Shown here piece after piece: positions 28,266 through 37,841 of a stretch of DNA of 64,000 bases (the stretch's first letter is position 1; each line of letters begins with the position of its first letter). The DNA is taken from assembly GCA_043825875.1 (NCBI GenBank), contig JBDRRF010000103.1:48150-112149 (forward strand), in the 5' to 3' direction. The position numbers and the translations under genes are program-made. The DNA is from Pseudomonadota bacterium (GTDB lineage Bacteria; Desulfobacterota; Desulfobacteria; Desulfobacterales; RPRI01). The notes under the pieces are model-generated. The model was not told where the DNA came from. It ran no database searches and saw only the letters and a program-made list of their open reading frames with translations.

Positions 28266-29036
28266 TCACCAGGCCGTCCAGCCTCCATCAACTAATATGT
28301 TTTGCCCTGTTACAAAAGAAGATGCATCCGATGCAAGATAAATAACGGTTCCCACAATTTCACTTGGCTTACCCATCCGGCCCATAGGGGTCTTTTTAGA
28401 ATAATTGTCAACGAAAGAGATGGTTTGATTATCATATATGCCACCGGGCGATATCGTGTTTGCCCGTATATTATCAGCGCCGAAATAGGTGGCTATGTAT
28501 TTTGTTATGGCAATGATCCCGGCCTTTATAGACGCATAGGCAACGGGCATGGTCATTTCCGATCCTTCATAGATCGAGAAATCTGGCGCCACAACTCCAT
28601 AAATAGAAGCCAAGTTGATAATACTGCCCCCGCCTTGTTCTTTCATAATCATGGCTGTTTCCTGGCACATGAGAAAATAACCGCCAAGATGATTATCAAC
28701 GTTCAGTTTCCATGAGTCGAATTTTACATCTTCAAACTTTGCGCCCCAGTCCTTCGTGCGCGGATACGCACAATTGATCAAGGTGTCAATTTTTCCGCTC
28801 TCTAGGACGACCTGTTTCAAAACATCTCGTACAGAATTTTCCGAGGTAATATCAAGATTGATGTATTTAATGTTTTGTTTAATGAGCTTTTTAGCTTCAG
28901 TTTCATTTTGATCTGCAATATAAACATTTGCTCCATATTGGGATAAACCCTGGACAATCTCTCTGCCAATGAGACCACAGCCACCCGTCACAACGGCGGT
29001 TCGGTTCTGACATGAAAACAATTTGTTGTATATCAA
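28266..29036 (-). CDS. Short-chain dehydrogenase/reductase (PtmA-like)
   Basis: 256-aa ORF with VVTGGCGLIGRE, YASIK (YxxxK) and a catalytic Ser region. Confidence 0.85.
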   Translation of the reverse strand: MIYNKLFSCQNRTAVVTGGCGLIGREIVQGLSQYGANVYIADQNETEAKKLIKQNIKYINLDITSENSVRDVLKQVVLESGKIDTLINCAYPRTKDWGAKFEDVKFDSWKLNVDNHLGGYFLMCQETAMIMKEQGGGSIINLASIYGVVAPDFSIYEGSEMTMPVAYASIKAGIIAITKYIATYFGADNIRANTISPGGIYDNQTISFVDNYSKKTPMGRMGKPSEIVGTVIYLASDASSFVTGQNILVDGGWTAW

Positions 29037-30112
29037 CTGTTAATTCCCAAATATTTCAATGTTTTCTTATATTCATCCCATTGTCCGACATCGAGCCATC
29101 GACCCCAGCAAGGGAATACGCCAACTTTGTCTGTATTGGATAATTTAATTTTTGTTATCAATTTGTCGATGTCCATTTTTTCAATATCACCCAAATAATT
29201 GAATATTTCTGGCTCCATTACATACGAACCGGTATTTACGAACAAATCATATTTCGGCTTTTCTAACATTTCAGCAAGGGAACCGTTGGTCATATTAAGG
29301 ACACCGTAGGGTACATCAATTTCTTTGTGCGAACCGATAATGGTTAATGTGTTTTTATTTTCTTTATGCCAGGACATGAATTCACCATAATCGCCTTCAA
29401 GTAATGTGTCACAATTTGTAAAAATAAAGGTATCCTTGATTTTCCCTTTCAATAGACAAAGTCCGCCCACTGTCCCGCAATATTCATTTTCTTCTATCAG
29501 CTCGAGTTCATAGGGTTGTTTATTCTCGCTGAAATAGAGTTTAATCATTTCTTTCTTATGGTTGATCACCAGTTTAAATTTATAAAATCCCCTTTCGTAA
29601 AAGCGATCCATAATTACTTCAACGATTGGTTTCTCACCAAGGGGAATCAGAGGTTTGGGAAGAATTTTAGTAAAAGGATCTAATCTGGTACCTCTACCTC
29701 CTGCCATGATAACCACATAGTTATCAAACAATGGGCGTTCAATCTCAGTTGGTTCAGAAGCAAGGCTCTCATACCAGGACCTAATATCTACTACCTTTCC
29801 TGAATCATCTATAACAGGTATGAATTCTATCAGGTATTCTTTCATCAGTTCATGAGCTTTTTGTTTAGCATTTTTATCATCCAGATTAAGACTGTAAAAG
29901 TTCTTTTTCATTACCTCCGTAATATTCTCTGTTAATTCTATGCCTCGTGTTATTCCCCGACGTATATCTCCGTCGGTCAGTGTTCCAATAAGCTTTTGGT
30001 TCTCGTCTGTTATAAAGAGAATTTTGATGCCTTTTTCAGTTAACCGCAGCATCGCTTGCTTTATGGAGATATCTTTACCTACGAGAAATGATTTGACAGT
30101 TTCTGAATCCAT
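29033..30112 (-). CDS. CBS-pair + sugar-1-phosphate nucleotidyltransferase (PtmE-like, GDP-GlcNAc forming type)
   Basis: 359-aa ORF with N-terminal tandem CBS segments, then IMAGGRGTRLDPFTKILPKPLIPL nucleotidyltransferase motif. Confidence 0.85.
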   Translation of the reverse strand: MDSETVKSFLVGKDISIKQAMLRLTEKGIKILFITDENQKLIGTLTDGDIRRGITRGIELTENITEVMKKNFYSLNLDDKNAKQKAHELMKEYLIEFIPVIDDSGKVVDIRSWYESLASEPTEIERPLFDNYVVIMAGGRGTRLDPFTKILPKPLIPLGEKPIVEVIMDRFYERGFYKFKLVINHKKEMIKLYFSENKQPYELELIEENEYCGTVGGLCLLKGKIKDTFIFTNCDTLLEGDYGEFMSWHKENKNTLTIIGSHKEIDVPYGVLNMTNGSLAEMLEKPKYDLFVNTGSYVMEPEIFNYLGDIEKMDIDKLITKIKLSNTDKVGVFPCWGRWLDVGQWDEYKKTLKYLGINS

Positions 30113-30117
30113 TGAGA

Positions 30118-30765
30118 TTACCTTTTTTCAACAATCCTTGCGGGCACACCGACTACCATTACGTTTGCTGGAATATCTTTTATAACGACAGCACCAGCCC
30201 CGATGATTACACCGTCACCAACTTTGATTCCCTGAATAATTGTTGCTGCGGTTCCTATATGGGTCATATCACCAATCTGAACACCTCCTGACAGGACAGC
30301 GCCGGGGGCAATATGTACGTGCGCACCGATAATACAATCGTGATCAACGACCGAACCAGTGTTGATAATGGTATTATTGCTTATTATACAACCTATTTGG
30401 ACGATTGCACCTGCCATGATTTGGACTCCTTCGCCTAATTGCACGCCGCTTATGATCGTCGCTGTGGGATGAATTACAGTTGCAAATGAATACCCATCTT
30501 TTTTAAATTGAAGGTAGATGTTTTTTCGCTTTTCCGTTAATGATACTGAACCGAGTCCATTGACAAGTTCAACAGAATCAGAAGCATAGTTTTTTACCAT
30601 ATTATCGTTTCCAAGGATGAAAGCCCCGGCAATAGACTGACCGGTCAACGACACATCCGAGTGAAGTATTCCGACAATTTCTCGTCGCAAGACGTTGAGC
30701 GAAGAGATCAAGACTTTGGCATGCCCACCAGCACCTATAATAATGACCGGCCGGTTTAAAATCAA
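30118..30765 (-). CDS. PglD/NeuD-type amino-sugar N-acetyltransferase (LegH-like)
   Basis: 215-aa ORF with N-terminal Rossmann-like IIIGAGGHAKV followed by hexapeptide repeats. Confidence 0.85.
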   Translation of the reverse strand: MILNRPVIIIGAGGHAKVLISSLNVLRREIVGILHSDVSLTGQSIAGAFILGNDNMVKNYASDSVELVNGLGSVSLTEKRKNIYLQFKKDGYSFATVIHPTATIISGVQLGEGVQIMAGAIVQIGCIISNNTIINTGSVVDHDCIIGAHVHIAPGAVLSGGVQIGDMTHIGTAATIIQGIKVGDGVIIGAGAVVIKDIPANVMVVGVPARIVEKR

Positions 30766-31856
30766 ATTAGTGTATCCCTTTCGTAATCTTTTTCCGATTT
30801 ATTACCGATTAATTCCCAGTATCGCATCGGTGACAATCCTTTTCCTGGTCTTTTCATAGTGAGATTTGATGTCGAAAATATTTCACCTGAGCGAATCAGT
30901 TTCGCAGAGACTAAGCTTTTCCGGGATATATCTCTGTTTTTCAACTCTAAAGGCATGGGCACTTTATGCCCATTCCCAAGAGCTGCTTCCACATTACGTA
31001 TTGCTGTAACCATAGCTTTCAATTCGTCAGGCTCCAAAGACGCCTTATGATCCGGTCCGGGAAGATTTCGATCCAAGGTAAAATGTTTCTCGATGACAGT
31101 AGCCCCCATGGCAACCGCAGCAATAGGTATGGCAATGCCCGGCGTGTGATCGGATAGACCTACCTGAAGACCGAAGGCACTACGCATGGTACTCATTGAC
31201 CGCAGATTGACTTCATCAAAAGACGCTGGGTATTCTGTCGTACAATGCAGAAGTATAACCTTTTCTTTTAAGATTTTACGTCCTGCTTCCGAACAATAGA
31301 CATCCCGGAATTTTTCTAAAGAAGGCTTGTCACTGCTAAGTAAATAGCCAAACGCTAAAACACCCAGAGCGGTTTCAACCTCTCCGAGGGAGCTCATTCC
31401 TGTCGAAAGTATAACAGGTTTTTTTGTTTTTGCTATGTACAGAAGGTAAGGCCCATTTGTAATTTCCCCGGAAGGTATTTTAAGGTGTAGAAGATCTAAT
31501 TTATGAGCAAGTAAATCGATGCTATCAAAATCGAATGGTGTGGATAAAAATTCGATGTTTTTTGATCGGCAATGTTCAATAAGTATTCGATGGGCAGGCT
31601 CATCTAGTTCCAGCTTTTTGACCATATCCAATTGGGTATCATTTTCGGTGGTCGTCTTTTTCTGGTATTCGGCTTTCGGGGCATGCTTGCTGATGACCTT
31701 ATCCGCTTTGAAGGTCTGAAATTTTACGGCATCGGCATCGGCCTGTGCTGCCACATCTATAAGCTGTTTTGCCATTTCAATGTCGCCATTATGGTTCACC
31801 CCGGCTTCAGCGATAATGTAGGTGGTTTTTTTCTGATATCTTCGATCAGTTATCAT
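30762..31856 (-). CDS. neuB: N-acetylneuraminate/legionaminate synthase (NeuB/LegI family)
   Basis: 364-aa ORF with IIAEAGVNHNGD, AVKFQTF and a C-terminal SAF-like domain. Confidence 0.9.
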   Translation of the reverse strand: MITDRRYQKKTTYIIAEAGVNHNGDIEMAKQLIDVAAQADADAVKFQTFKADKVISKHAPKAEYQKKTTTENDTQLDMVKKLELDEPAHRILIEHCRSKNIEFLSTPFDFDSIDLLAHKLDLLHLKIPSGEITNGPYLLYIAKTKKPVILSTGMSSLGEVETALGVLAFGYLLSSDKPSLEKFRDVYCSEAGRKILKEKVILLHCTTEYPASFDEVNLRSMSTMRSAFGLQVGLSDHTPGIAIPIAAVAMGATVIEKHFTLDRNLPGPDHKASLEPDELKAMVTAIRNVEAALGNGHKVPMPLELKNRDISRKSLVSAKLIRSGEIFSTSNLTMKRPGKGLSPMRYWELIGNKSEKDYERDTLI

Positions 31857-33030
31857 AATTCACATCATAAAATTTCTTCATCAGTATGTTCTTTAGCGAG
31901 ACCTTCTTTAAATATTCTTTGATCTTTAGCGACGCATTTCCCTGCCCATAAGGATTCTTTGTGTTTCTCAATATTTTTTTAAACTCTGTAGACAATCCTT
32001 TAGTGATGGCATCAACAATCGCCTGCTCCTTTTCTTTACAGTCTATTACAGAATCAGCCTTTAATCGGCCTTGCTGGCGTTGCCCAATGTTAACGGTGGG
32101 TTTATGGAAAGCAGGTGCTTCTATAATCCCGCTTGACGAGTTTCCAATGATGACATCTGCATTTTTTACAGCATTGAGATAAAGTAGTTGCCCCATGGAT
32201 GTGAATACTTTTGCCCGTACAGGATTCTTTTCTACATACTTCTCAATATAATGATTAATAATTCGCCCAGCAGCGTCTGCGTTTGCCTTAGTAAAAACAA
32301 TACTTGCTTCCGGAAATTTATCGATAGCATTTAATAATTCGTTAAATACCTTTTCAGGCCTTGTATTGCTGAGTGTCTCGGGATGATAGGTAACCAGGAA
32401 AGATAGCTTGCCAAGTTGAAAATCGATAGCTTTTTCAAAAGAGGTTTTGCTGAGAAGCTTCATCTTTTTAATATTATCAAGGCCGGGCGCTCCATAATTC
32501 ATAACCCGTTCCGGCACTTCGCCTAATTGGACAACTCTCTTGCGATATGGTTCAGCCGCGGTAAAATGAAAATGGGACATCTTCGTAATGGCATGGCGTA
32601 TTGCTTCATCGATGGCCCCCTCCGTGGCTTCGCCGCCATGAATGTGCGCTATGGGAATTCTTGCAATCATGGCAGCCTGGGAGGCGGCAAGAATTTCAAA
32701 CCGGTCGCCGAGAACAACCATAATATCTGGTTTTTGACGAGCAATGGCATCGGCAAATCCTATAATTCCCAAGCCAAGAGACTTGGTAATCCCGACAGAA
32801 GTGTCACTTGAAAGAAGCATCTCTACTTTTTCATCTATTTGGAAGCCATCTGCCTCGATTATTTGGTATGTCAACCCGAATTCGGGCGAAAGGTGCATGC
32901 CCGTGGCTATAATTTGAAGTTTCAGTTCAGGGTCATCCTGGATTTCCTTCATAAGCCAATACAGCAAACCATATTCGGCCCGTGTTCCAGTGACGACACA
33001 AATCTTTCGTTTATGCATCTTGCTCTCCAA
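31846..33030 (-). CDS. neuC: Hydrolysing NDP-sugar 2-epimerase (NeuC/LegG family)
   Basis: 394-aa ORF with ICVVTGTRAEYGLL, DRFE and HIHGGE motifs. Confidence 0.9.
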   Translation of the reverse strand: MESKMHKRKICVVTGTRAEYGLLYWLMKEIQDDPELKLQIIATGMHLSPEFGLTYQIIEADGFQIDEKVEMLLSSDTSVGITKSLGLGIIGFADAIARQKPDIMVVLGDRFEILAASQAAMIARIPIAHIHGGEATEGAIDEAIRHAITKMSHFHFTAAEPYRKRVVQLGEVPERVMNYGAPGLDNIKKMKLLSKTSFEKAIDFQLGKLSFLVTYHPETLSNTRPEKVFNELLNAIDKFPEASIVFTKANADAAGRIINHYIEKYVEKNPVRAKVFTSMGQLLYLNAVKNADVIIGNSSSGIIEAPAFHKPTVNIGQRQQGRLKADSVIDCKEKEQAIVDAITKGLSTEFKKILRNTKNPYGQGNASLKIKEYLKKVSLKNILMKKFYDVNYDN

Positions 33031-34189
33031 GGAAAGCGCTGCTAGGAATATTAATCAGCCTTGCTTCCAGACTTTCAGCACAAGAAAGATCCATGCGTGG
33101 GCAATCGCGAAACATAACCAGCTTATTCAGAAGGGTCCAGACTGGCCGGGTCATGATCCCTGCGTCGTTTGTCTTTTCCAATAGTTCATTCCGTTGTTTC
33201 TGATTGACTTCGTCAAGCAATAAGACATTCAGCCAATAATTGCTTTTCGAATGGGACGGTTCCGTGAAGAATTGAATGCCGTCAGTATTCTCAAAAGCAC
33301 GGTTGTAACGGGCGGCAAGATCTCTTTTCTTTTCCAAGAATCCGGGAAGTTGTTCCATTTGGGCGCAACCAAGAGCGGCATTGATATTGGGCAGACGATA
33401 GTTATAACCAATGTGATCGTGGCAATATTCCCAGCGGTGAGGTATTTTTGCTGTGGATGTCAGATGTTTCGCCAATTTTGCCAAGGCTTCGTCATTTGTA
33501 ATGATCGCACCGCCGCCGCCTGTGGTGATGGTTTTGTTCCCATTGAAACTCATAATTGATAGTTTCCCCCAATTTCCTGTATGCTTGCCTTTGTATAATG
33601 AACCCAGGGATTCTGCTGCGTCTTCAATCATTTCGATCTTGTACTCTCTGCAAATCTCGGCAAGGGGATCGAGATCAATTGGATGACCAAATATATGCAC
33701 CGGAATGACAGCTTTAATTCGTCTTCCGGAAAATTTGTTTATACAGGTATCAGATTTCAACTTAGCAATATTTTTGAGATAGTCCTTAAGTTTATGGGGG
33801 TCAAGTCCCAACGTTCTTTCTTCACTGTCAACAAAATGGGGAATAGCACCGCAATGGGCTACTGCGTTGGCTGTCGCTACAAAGGTTAGGGCCGGAACAA
33901 GAACTTCATCACCCAATTTTATGCCTGCTAATTCCAGTGCGATTTGGAGTGATGCAGTACCATTGACAACCGCTACGGCTTTTTTTACACCTGTAAAGTC
34001 AGCAAGCATATCTTCAAAACGATCAACATATTTACCAACATATGAGACCCAAGTTGAATCGATGCAGTCTTTGACATAGGCCCATTCGTTGCCGTTGAAG
34101 CGCGGCTCATGGAGTGATACCGGACATTCGCGGTCGGGGATGACGGTTTTGATAGCGTTGATGATGCCTTCAACATCCAGCTGTGCCAC
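33011..34189 (-). CDS. legC: DegT/DnrJ/EryC1 PLP-dependent aminotransferase (LegC-like)
   Basis: 392-aa ORF with the SFNGNKTITTGGGGAI PLP-lysine region. It lies between the dehydratase and the 2-epimerase, as in leg loci. Confidence 0.85.
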   Translation of the reverse strand: MAQLDVEGIINAIKTVIPDRECPVSLHEPRFNGNEWAYVKDCIDSTWVSYVGKYVDRFEDMLADFTGVKKAVAVVNGTASLQIALELAGIKLGDEVLVPALTFVATANAVAHCGAIPHFVDSEERTLGLDPHKLKDYLKNIAKLKSDTCINKFSGRRIKAVIPVHIFGHPIDLDPLAEICREYKIEMIEDAAESLGSLYKGKHTGNWGKLSIMSFNGNKTITTGGGGAIITNDEALAKLAKHLTSTAKIPHRWEYCHDHIGYNYRLPNINAALGCAQMEQLPGFLEKKRDLAARYNRAFENTDGIQFFTEPSHSKSNYWLNVLLLDEVNQKQRNELLEKTNDAGIMTRPVWTLLNKLVMFRDCPRMDLSCAESLEARLINIPSSAFLGEQDA

Positions 34190-35199
34190 TATATGTTATA
34201 TTCTCCCGGCTTGTATTGCCTTAAATATTCTGTATTGGTAAACCACTCTACTGTTTCCTGTAACCCTCTTTTCAGTCCTTCGATACCTCCGTAGGCAGGA
34301 GTCCAACCTGTTAATTTTTCAGCTTTGCTGTTATCAGCCCAAAGCCTTTCAACTTCGCTATTCTCCGGTCTGATCCGTTGCAAATCGCTTTCGATATCTA
34401 TGTTCATATTCATGATATCGGCAATAATATTTACGGTTTCACCGATAGAAACTTCAAAATTACTGCCTATATTGATTACTTCCCCTATGGCCTGATCTGC
34501 CTCCGCTACAGCTATAAAACCGTTTACTGTATCTTTAACATAGTTAAAATCTCGTGTCGGATGCAATGATCCCAATTTAATTTTCCTGGTACCAATAGCA
34601 ATCTGGGTAATAACTGTTGGAATAACTGCCCGTGCCGACTGTCTTGGCCCATAGGTGTTAAAAGGGCGAACAATGCTTATGGGTGTATCGAATGCATGAT
34701 AAAAAGACATGGCAATCTGATCTGCACCAATTTTGCTTGCAGAATAAGGCGACTGGCCCTGTAGTGGATGGTCTTCGGTTATGGGCACGAATCGGGCAGT
34801 ACCGTAAACTTCGCTCGTGGATGTATGAATGATCTTCGATATCCCAAGTTCCCGTGCTGCCTGCACAACATTAAGAGACCCTTTTACGTTGGTATCAATA
34901 TAAGTATTTGGTGAATGGTACGAGTAAGGAATGGAAATCAAAGCAGCCAGATGGAAAACCACATCACATCCCTTCATGGCCTGCCGGACACCATGCGGAT
35001 CTCTGATATCACCTGCAAATATTTCCATATTCTTTTTAATCTCCGGTTCCAAATGATCAAGCCAACCCCAGGAATTAAAGGAATTATACAGGACGAACGC
35101 CCGGACATTATAACCGTGCCTGATCAGTTCTTCTGTCAGGTGGGATCCGATAAAACCGTCAGCACCAGTTATGAGAATTTTTTTGTTTTGAAGATTCAT
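34189..35199 (-). CDS. legB: NAD-dependent NDP-sugar 4,6-dehydratase (LegB-like)
   Basis: 336-aa ORF with ILITGADGFIGSHL, YNSFNSWGWLD and YSASK (YxxxK). Confidence 0.85.
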   Translation of the reverse strand: MNLQNKKILITGADGFIGSHLTEELIRHGYNVRAFVLYNSFNSWGWLDHLEPEIKKNMEIFAGDIRDPHGVRQAMKGCDVVFHLAALISIPYSYHSPNTYIDTNVKGSLNVVQAARELGISKIIHTSTSEVYGTARFVPITEDHPLQGQSPYSASKIGADQIAMSFYHAFDTPISIVRPFNTYGPRQSARAVIPTVITQIAIGTRKIKLGSLHPTRDFNYVKDTVNGFIAVAEADQAIGEVINIGSNFEVSIGETVNIIADIMNMNIDIESDLQRIRPENSEVERLWADNSKAEKLTGWTPAYGGIEGLKRGLQETVEWFTNTEYLRQYKPGEYNI

Positions 35200-35390
35200 T
35201 TTTGTTTATTCCGCCACACCATGCCAGCTTATATATAATGTTTGAGAGCTTAACATAACTACCCCCAAAATGCTTTTCGGTAGCTTCTTTTTTACTTCTT
35301 AAATTCACATCATAAAAGAAGCCGTTATTTGAATTTAACATACTAAATTAACTTAATATTAATCTATGATATGCCATGTTGTAACTAAAT

Positions 35391-35711
35391 TCAAACACTG
35401 TGGTGCTTGGCATTTTTTATGTGTTCAATGAACAAGGCGATGAAAGTCGCTATGAATAAAGATATTACACCGAAAATCAATGCAATTTTTCTAATATTTA
35501 CTGCTCTTATTTTATTTATTCCAGGATACCTTACAATTTTGACGGCATTACTTAAGAAAGCACTAAGATATTCCATGTTCAAATCATTTGCCGTTTTTGA
35601 TAAAACAAAAATTCTGTCGTTTATATTCTTTAGATTCTCCTGTAGGTAGGTAAAATTTTCCTTTTCCCTCTTTTTTCTTTCAACTTTTAAAATCTTTGAG
35701 ATCTGTATTTG
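35391..35711 (-). pseudogene. Chain-length-determinant (Wzz-like) C-terminal remnant
   Basis: The frame is open from 35711 without an ATG (only TTG at 35582 and ATG at 35576). It encodes coiled-coil text then VKIVRYPGINK...IALIFGVISLFIATFIALFI, the typical Wzz C-terminal proline region plus TM2. Confidence 0.45.
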
Positions 35712-36351
35712 TCAATAATTACAGCCAAAATCATGCTTAAGATCAACGAAAAGAAGAAAACCATAGTAGTTGAAACAAGTATTTTTGGTCTAACCGGTTT
35801 ATCCTCTATTGTCGGAGAAGAGTGTATTATAATTTTGTGTGTAGCAGCAGCTTCTTTCTGCAGTTTTGCAATTATAATCTCTAAATCCTGTCTTTCCAGT
35901 TCTAAATCTTTAACCTTTCCCTGAAGTGAATTAAGATATATCTGCTTATCAAGAACTTCTTTGGAACAAAGGAATTTTAATATATTACTATACGCCTGAT
36001 TATTTACAGCCTGTTTGCATTCGGCTTCAATTCTATTTATATCTTTTTGTAGCTTTGCTTCCTGCTCTTTCGCAAGATTCATCTTAATTACTTTATTCTG
36101 GTATTCATTCTCATAAGCTTTTTTTGCTTTTCTGTCACTACATCAGATTCGAACCTTGCCTGAGTATAATTTGAGATTTTTGGCATAAATTCATTTAATA
36201 TAGCAATTCCTTTTTGAGTATCCCTGCTTTCAATTGAAATTTCCAGTAAATTGTTACTGCCAATAATTTTAGTTTTAATTTGTGGGATATCTGAAATATC
36301 TAGTGATAATTTTTCTGCAATCTCTTTATTGAAAATTCCTCCAAGAAGCAC
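35687..36351 (-). pseudogene. Wzz-like chain-length determinant lacking TM1 and split into two frames (87 aa + 131 aa ORFs)
   Basis: ORF 36088-36351 (NNLLEISIESRDTQKGIAILNEF) and ORF 35687-36082 (coiled coil, IIHSSPTIEDKPVRPK, C-terminal TM) are colinear with one Wzz protein. They lie in different frames, 5 nt apart. The upstream frame closes at ~36397, inside the regulator gene, so no N-terminal TM exists. Confidence 0.5.
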
Positions 36352-36361
36352 ATCGCTGATT

Positions 36362-36958
36362 TCAGCCGGAGAAACTATGATCTTTTGAAGTGAATACTAT
36401 TTTGTCTTTTGAAATATTATTTATTTCTTGCAAAAATTCTTCAACAGGTTTTTCATCGGAATAAAGAAGCTTGTCATATGTAAAATCGTTTAAGCGATCC
36501 ACTGATTCAATAGTAAAACCAAAGAAATTATCTCCTTTTTTATCTTCATCAAATATTGCTATCAACTTAATTGATGTTTCCTGCAAAGATAAATAGGCAA
36601 TTTCTGCAAGATCTGTTGCTCCGTAGAAAGCTATTCGCTTAACATTTTGTTCGGAAAGAGCGGCAAACAGATTTTTAAGTTTCTTTCGGGCATCTTTATA
36701 AAAACGATAGGAATATTCAATATACTGATAAGTCAGGCGGGTTTTTTCAGCAGCACCTTTGGGGGTTAAAATATATGTAACTCTGTTTTTAGGAATGTTG
36801 ACTATCTTGAAATATCCTTTGCGGGCAAGCCTTTTTATAAAAGAATTTACAAGCCCGAGCGAAATATTGAGATTTTTAGCAATATCTCTTTGGCTTAAAA
36901 GTTCTTCTTTATTGAGTTCTTCAAGAATTTTTAGAGTATGTATATCCGGAGTTCTCAT
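36362..36958 (-). CDS. Winged-helix (MarR-like) transcriptional regulator with C-terminal Rossmann-like domain
   Basis: 198-aa ORF. The N-terminal LSQRDIAKNLNISLGLVNSFIKRLARKGY is a wHTH. The C-terminal RIAFYGATDLAEIAY...IAIFDEDKKG resembles the N-terminal domain of EPS sugar transferases. Confidence 0.7.
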   Translation of the reverse strand: MRTPDIHTLKILEELNKEELLSQRDIAKNLNISLGLVNSFIKRLARKGYFKIVNIPKNRVTYILTPKGAAEKTRLTYQYIEYSYRFYKDARKKLKNLFAALSEQNVKRIAFYGATDLAEIAYLSLQETSIKLIAIFDEDKKGDNFFGFTIESVDRLNDFTYDKLLYSDEKPVEEFLQEINNISKDKIVFTSKDHSFSG

Positions 36959-36975
36959 AAAATTTTATGATTATT

Positions 36976-37117
36976 GAGCCACTTTCAAAACGTTTCAGTT
37001 TGGTCAAGCTCAAGGCGGGAGAAAATTTCAACCACAGGAATACATCGAGTATTTCGAGGATTGAAATTTGAGCCCAACGCCGAGATCGGCCAAAATGGGG
37101 CGTTTTGAAACTGGCTC
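36976..37117 (+). repeat. Hairpin-forming intergenic repeat, copy A (142 nt)
   Basis: GAGCCACTTTCAAAACG...CGTTTTGAAACTGGCTC. The first 58 nt are identical to the copies at 39430 and 54895. The two arms pair over ~45 bp. It starts 17 nt upstream of the regulator ATG (36958). Confidence 0.9.
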
Positions 37118-37803
37118 TTTTCTTTTATAGAATTCTTAGGATTTCAAACCAGATTCAAGGGAAAAACTAACAAACAGCCCAATAGTTTGGTATGATTCCT
37201 GTGTTTTGGTTTGGGAGATTTATTGCAGACAGCTCCGCCCGGTAAATTACAAAACGATGCCTCTAAACAATATCTCTTTTAGCTGCTTTGCGGCAGATTC
37301 TGACTAATCTGTCTGTATTACTCAACGGCTACTCGAAATCATGAAATAATGATAATATAAAATGCTATCAAATTTATACTTACTGTAGTCTGGCAACTAA
37401 TTTTTTCATCTTAACTAATTTTTTGGCAAAACTGGATATTTTTTAAGGATATTATGTAATTAATTGATATTGCCAACTCACCTGTCTAATACCAACATGA
37501 TTATTGAAGTGCTTTAAAAAACTGGATTTATTTTTGTTCATATATTGAACATATCAGAGCATTTGTCAAGTATAAATTAGTCCTCTCTTACTGAACTATA
37601 TGATATTAATATCTATCAATATAATAGCAGAATCTGAAATATATTTAACGAATCTCTAAAAAAAGATCCAAAAAGTTAGTAATTCACAATTACTATTATA
37701 AATTAACAGTCTGACAATATTAGATATAATATTTATATGGCTTTCAATAAATTACTTATTTTACAGACTTGACGATTTAGAATATAGGCAGGAAGATAAA
37801 ACG

Positions 37804-37841
37804 CAAATCCGGTCACAGATAATTTTCTGCGGCCGGATTTG
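37804..37841 (-). terminator. Candidate intrinsic terminator of the comEA-like gene
   Basis: Perfect 9-bp inverted repeat CAAATCCGG / CCGGATTTG with a 20-nt loop, ~18 nt after the minus-strand stop. On the minus strand it is followed by GCGTTTTAT. Confidence 0.45.

Noticed and set aside
35159-35341. 60-aa minus-strand ORF and other small ORFs between legB and the Wzz remnants.
   Set aside because: It overlaps the legB start region out of frame. Its composition is typical of AT-rich non-coding sequence.
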